Source: Octopus sinensis
Lineage: Eukaryota
DNA: 10,145 bases
Assembly (NCBI RefSeq): GCF_006345805.1
Contig: NW_021827611.1
Span: 1-10,145, forward strand
Direction: 5' to 3'
Of the stretch, positions 8,336 through 10,145 are shown one piece after another. How positions within the stretch are numbered: the stretch's first letter is position 1; each line of letters opens with the position of its first letter. Made by a program: the position numbers and the translations under genes. The notes beneath the pieces were generated by a model. That model searched no databases. It was not told the origin of the DNA and worked only from the letters and a program-made list of their open reading frames with translations.

Positions 8336-8868
8336 CCTGACAATTTCTTGTTAAGTTTTCCTTATTAAGTAGTTGTCCTTAATTGCTAAATTTTTATTCC
8401 GAAAAAACTTTTCCTCTCCCGAAATGCAATTCGTAAAAGTTTGCCATTTATCCGGATGTAATATATGTAAACTCACCCATGTGCTTCGTTGATGTCGAGC
8501 AGTTAGCTGATCGGCTTAAGCGGGGCAGGGTCGTGTTTATTTATAATACATTCATGCCTGCTGATGAGTACGTAAGTATGAAATCACTGTGATACAGGTC
8601 TATATTTTTTTAAATGTCTTACTTTGAAAAATGCATCGGTGGGATTAGTATATTTTTGGTAGAAATGACTAATTGTCCCTCTTAGCGTTTGGCATGTATG
8701 TATAATGCCTTCTGGCATGTATGTATAATGCCCTCTATATATAAATTAATATGTTCAATAAGAAATAATTATTTTCGAAATTTTTTCTCTTATGAGGTTT
8801 TACGCTATCTCCTGACAATTCTTGTTGTTAAGTTTTCCTTATTAAGTAGTTGTCCTTAATGCTAAATT
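8336..8868 (+). mobile_element. Retrozyme-like / Penelope pseudo-LTR-like element: ~475-nt unit plus ~57-bp terminal direct repeat, carrying a hammerhead ribozyme
   Basis: Direct repeats 8336-8392 and 8811-8868 share an identical 36-bp core (8348-8383 = 8825-8860). Hammerhead at 8557-8598; no ORF. Confidence 0.65.
8557..8598 (+). ncRNA. Type I hammerhead ribozyme
   Basis: CCUG-CUGAUGA-GUAC-GUAA-GUAU-GAAA-UCA-CUG-UGA-U-A-CAGG. Stem I CCUG/CAGG; stem II GUAC/GUAU with a GNRA loop; stem III AUCA/UGAU; cleavage triplet AUA, with predicted cleavage 3' of 8594. Confidence 0.85.
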
Positions 8869-8870
8869 CA

Positions 8871-8878
8871 TTATATAT

Positions 8879-8912
<34 letters not shown>

Positions 8913-9047
8913 ATATAGACATAAGATACATATATTATACAATATACATATTATATATATATACATATATTATACATATATATATACATAATATGTATAT
9001 ATATGTATATATATGTATATATTATACATATATATCTATAATATATG

Positions 9048-9101
<54 letters not shown>

Positions 9102-9125
9102 ATACATAAATAATAAATAATAAAT
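8871..9125. repeat. Degenerate (TA)n-rich tract
   Basis: Directly visible. Confidence 0.95.
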
Positions 9126-9303
9126 ATTAGGAATGAATCTATCAGAAAGGACCTCTATCTCTCTTTAAAAAATATCTTTTGATAAGCATAACAAATGCGC
9201 AACCGGTAAAAAGAACTTTCACCTAATTAAAAAGAACTTCACTAATTAAATACACTCTCCCTTACTTAATTATTTTGTCAGCATTTGTTCATTTCATTTT
9301 TTT

Positions 9304-9335
<32 letters not shown>

Positions 9336-9414
9336 TGTGCATGTATGTATATACAAGTTTAAGATGTGTTATGACCATTTATAGAACACATAACATATAT
9401 AAACTTTTTTTAAA

Positions 9415-9685
9415 GACTCCGCCGGTTACGACGACGAGGGTCCCAGCTGATACGATCAACGGAACAGCTTGCTCGTGAAATTAACGTGCAAATGGCTGAG
9501 CATTCCACAGACACATGTACCCTTAACGTAGTTCTCGGGGATAATCAGCGTGACACAGAGAGTGACAAGGCTGACCCTTTGAAATACAGTGTCTTGCTCA
9601 AGGACACAACGCGTCGCCGGGAATCGAACTCACAACCTTACGATCATGAGCCGAATGCCCTAACCACTAAGCCACGCACCCTCAC
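9415..9685 (-). mobile_element. tRNA-derived SINE, second family
   Basis: Minus-strand A box TGGCTTAGTGG (9664-9674) and B box GAGTTCGATTCC (9620-9631), a tRNA-like head, then TGTGTCCTTGAGCAAGACACT and a body unrelated to the 4466 family. Confidence 0.9.
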
Positions 9686-9988
9686 TATATAAACTTAAAC
9701 AAATAAAGATGGTAAAAAGAAAATGTTTAAAGTTTTATAAAATTTTAATCCATTTTAATTTAATTACATATTACCATTATCCTCAGTGCAAAACGAAGAA
9801 TGCATCAGAAAGTTAGTATCAGAATATTATGTCTTTACAGAAGACTGTATGGAATCCGTGTCACATAACTCATTCGAATATTCACAAATTGATTATGAAA
9901 GATGAAATATAATAACATGGTTAGTTAGTGTTGAGTCTAATTTCGTAAGAACTAAAAGTGATTTGGTTAACGGATATTTGAAATATGT

Positions 9989-10145
9989 GGAGGCGCAATG
10001 GCCCAGTGGTTAGGGCAGCGGACTCGCGGTCATAAGATCGCGGTTTCGATTCCCAGACCGGGCGTTGTGAGTGTTTATTGAGCGAAAACACCTTAAAGCT
10101 CCACGAGGCTCCGGCAGGGGATGGTGTGGTGATCCCTGCTGTACT
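9989..10145 (+). mobile_element. tRNA-derived SINE, third family (runs off the window end)
   Basis: A box TGGCCCAGTGG (9999-10009) and B box GGTTTCGATTCC (10042-10053). There is no proper acceptor stem, and the sequence continues into a non-tRNA body. Confidence 0.85.

Noticed and set aside
8336-8868. LTR retrotransposon or CRISPR-like repeat
   Set aside because: There are only two repeats, no TG...CA ends, no PBS/PPT and no spacer array.
9208-9250. Short duplication AAAAGAACTT(T)CAC(C)TAATTAA x2
   Set aside because: An ordinary local slippage duplication with no further structure.
9989-10062. Functional tRNA gene
   Set aside because: A and B boxes are present, but there is no proper acceptor stem or terminator and the sequence continues into a SINE body. 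The same applies to 9612-9685.

Overview
AT-rich, microsatellite-dense eukaryotic non-coding DNA (intronic or intergenic). The SINE families and repeat landscape resemble what I recall of Octopus/cephalopod genomes; this host assignment is an inference. No host protein-coding gene can be supported, and most ORFs in the track are translations of simple repeats. The window contains: a full-length tRNA-derived SINE plus several fragments of the same family; two other tRNA-SINE families; a 5'-truncated RTE-type LINE end (3394-3891); and a complete ~400-bp non-autonomous Helitron (1792-2189). The standout signal is three sequence-unrelated minimal type I hammerhead ribozyme motifs (1155-1200 +, 4969-5003 -, 8557-8598 +). 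The third lies inside a ~475-nt unit bounded by ~57-bp direct repeats (8336-8868), which looks like the genomic footprint of a retrozyme / Penelope-like circular RNA element.
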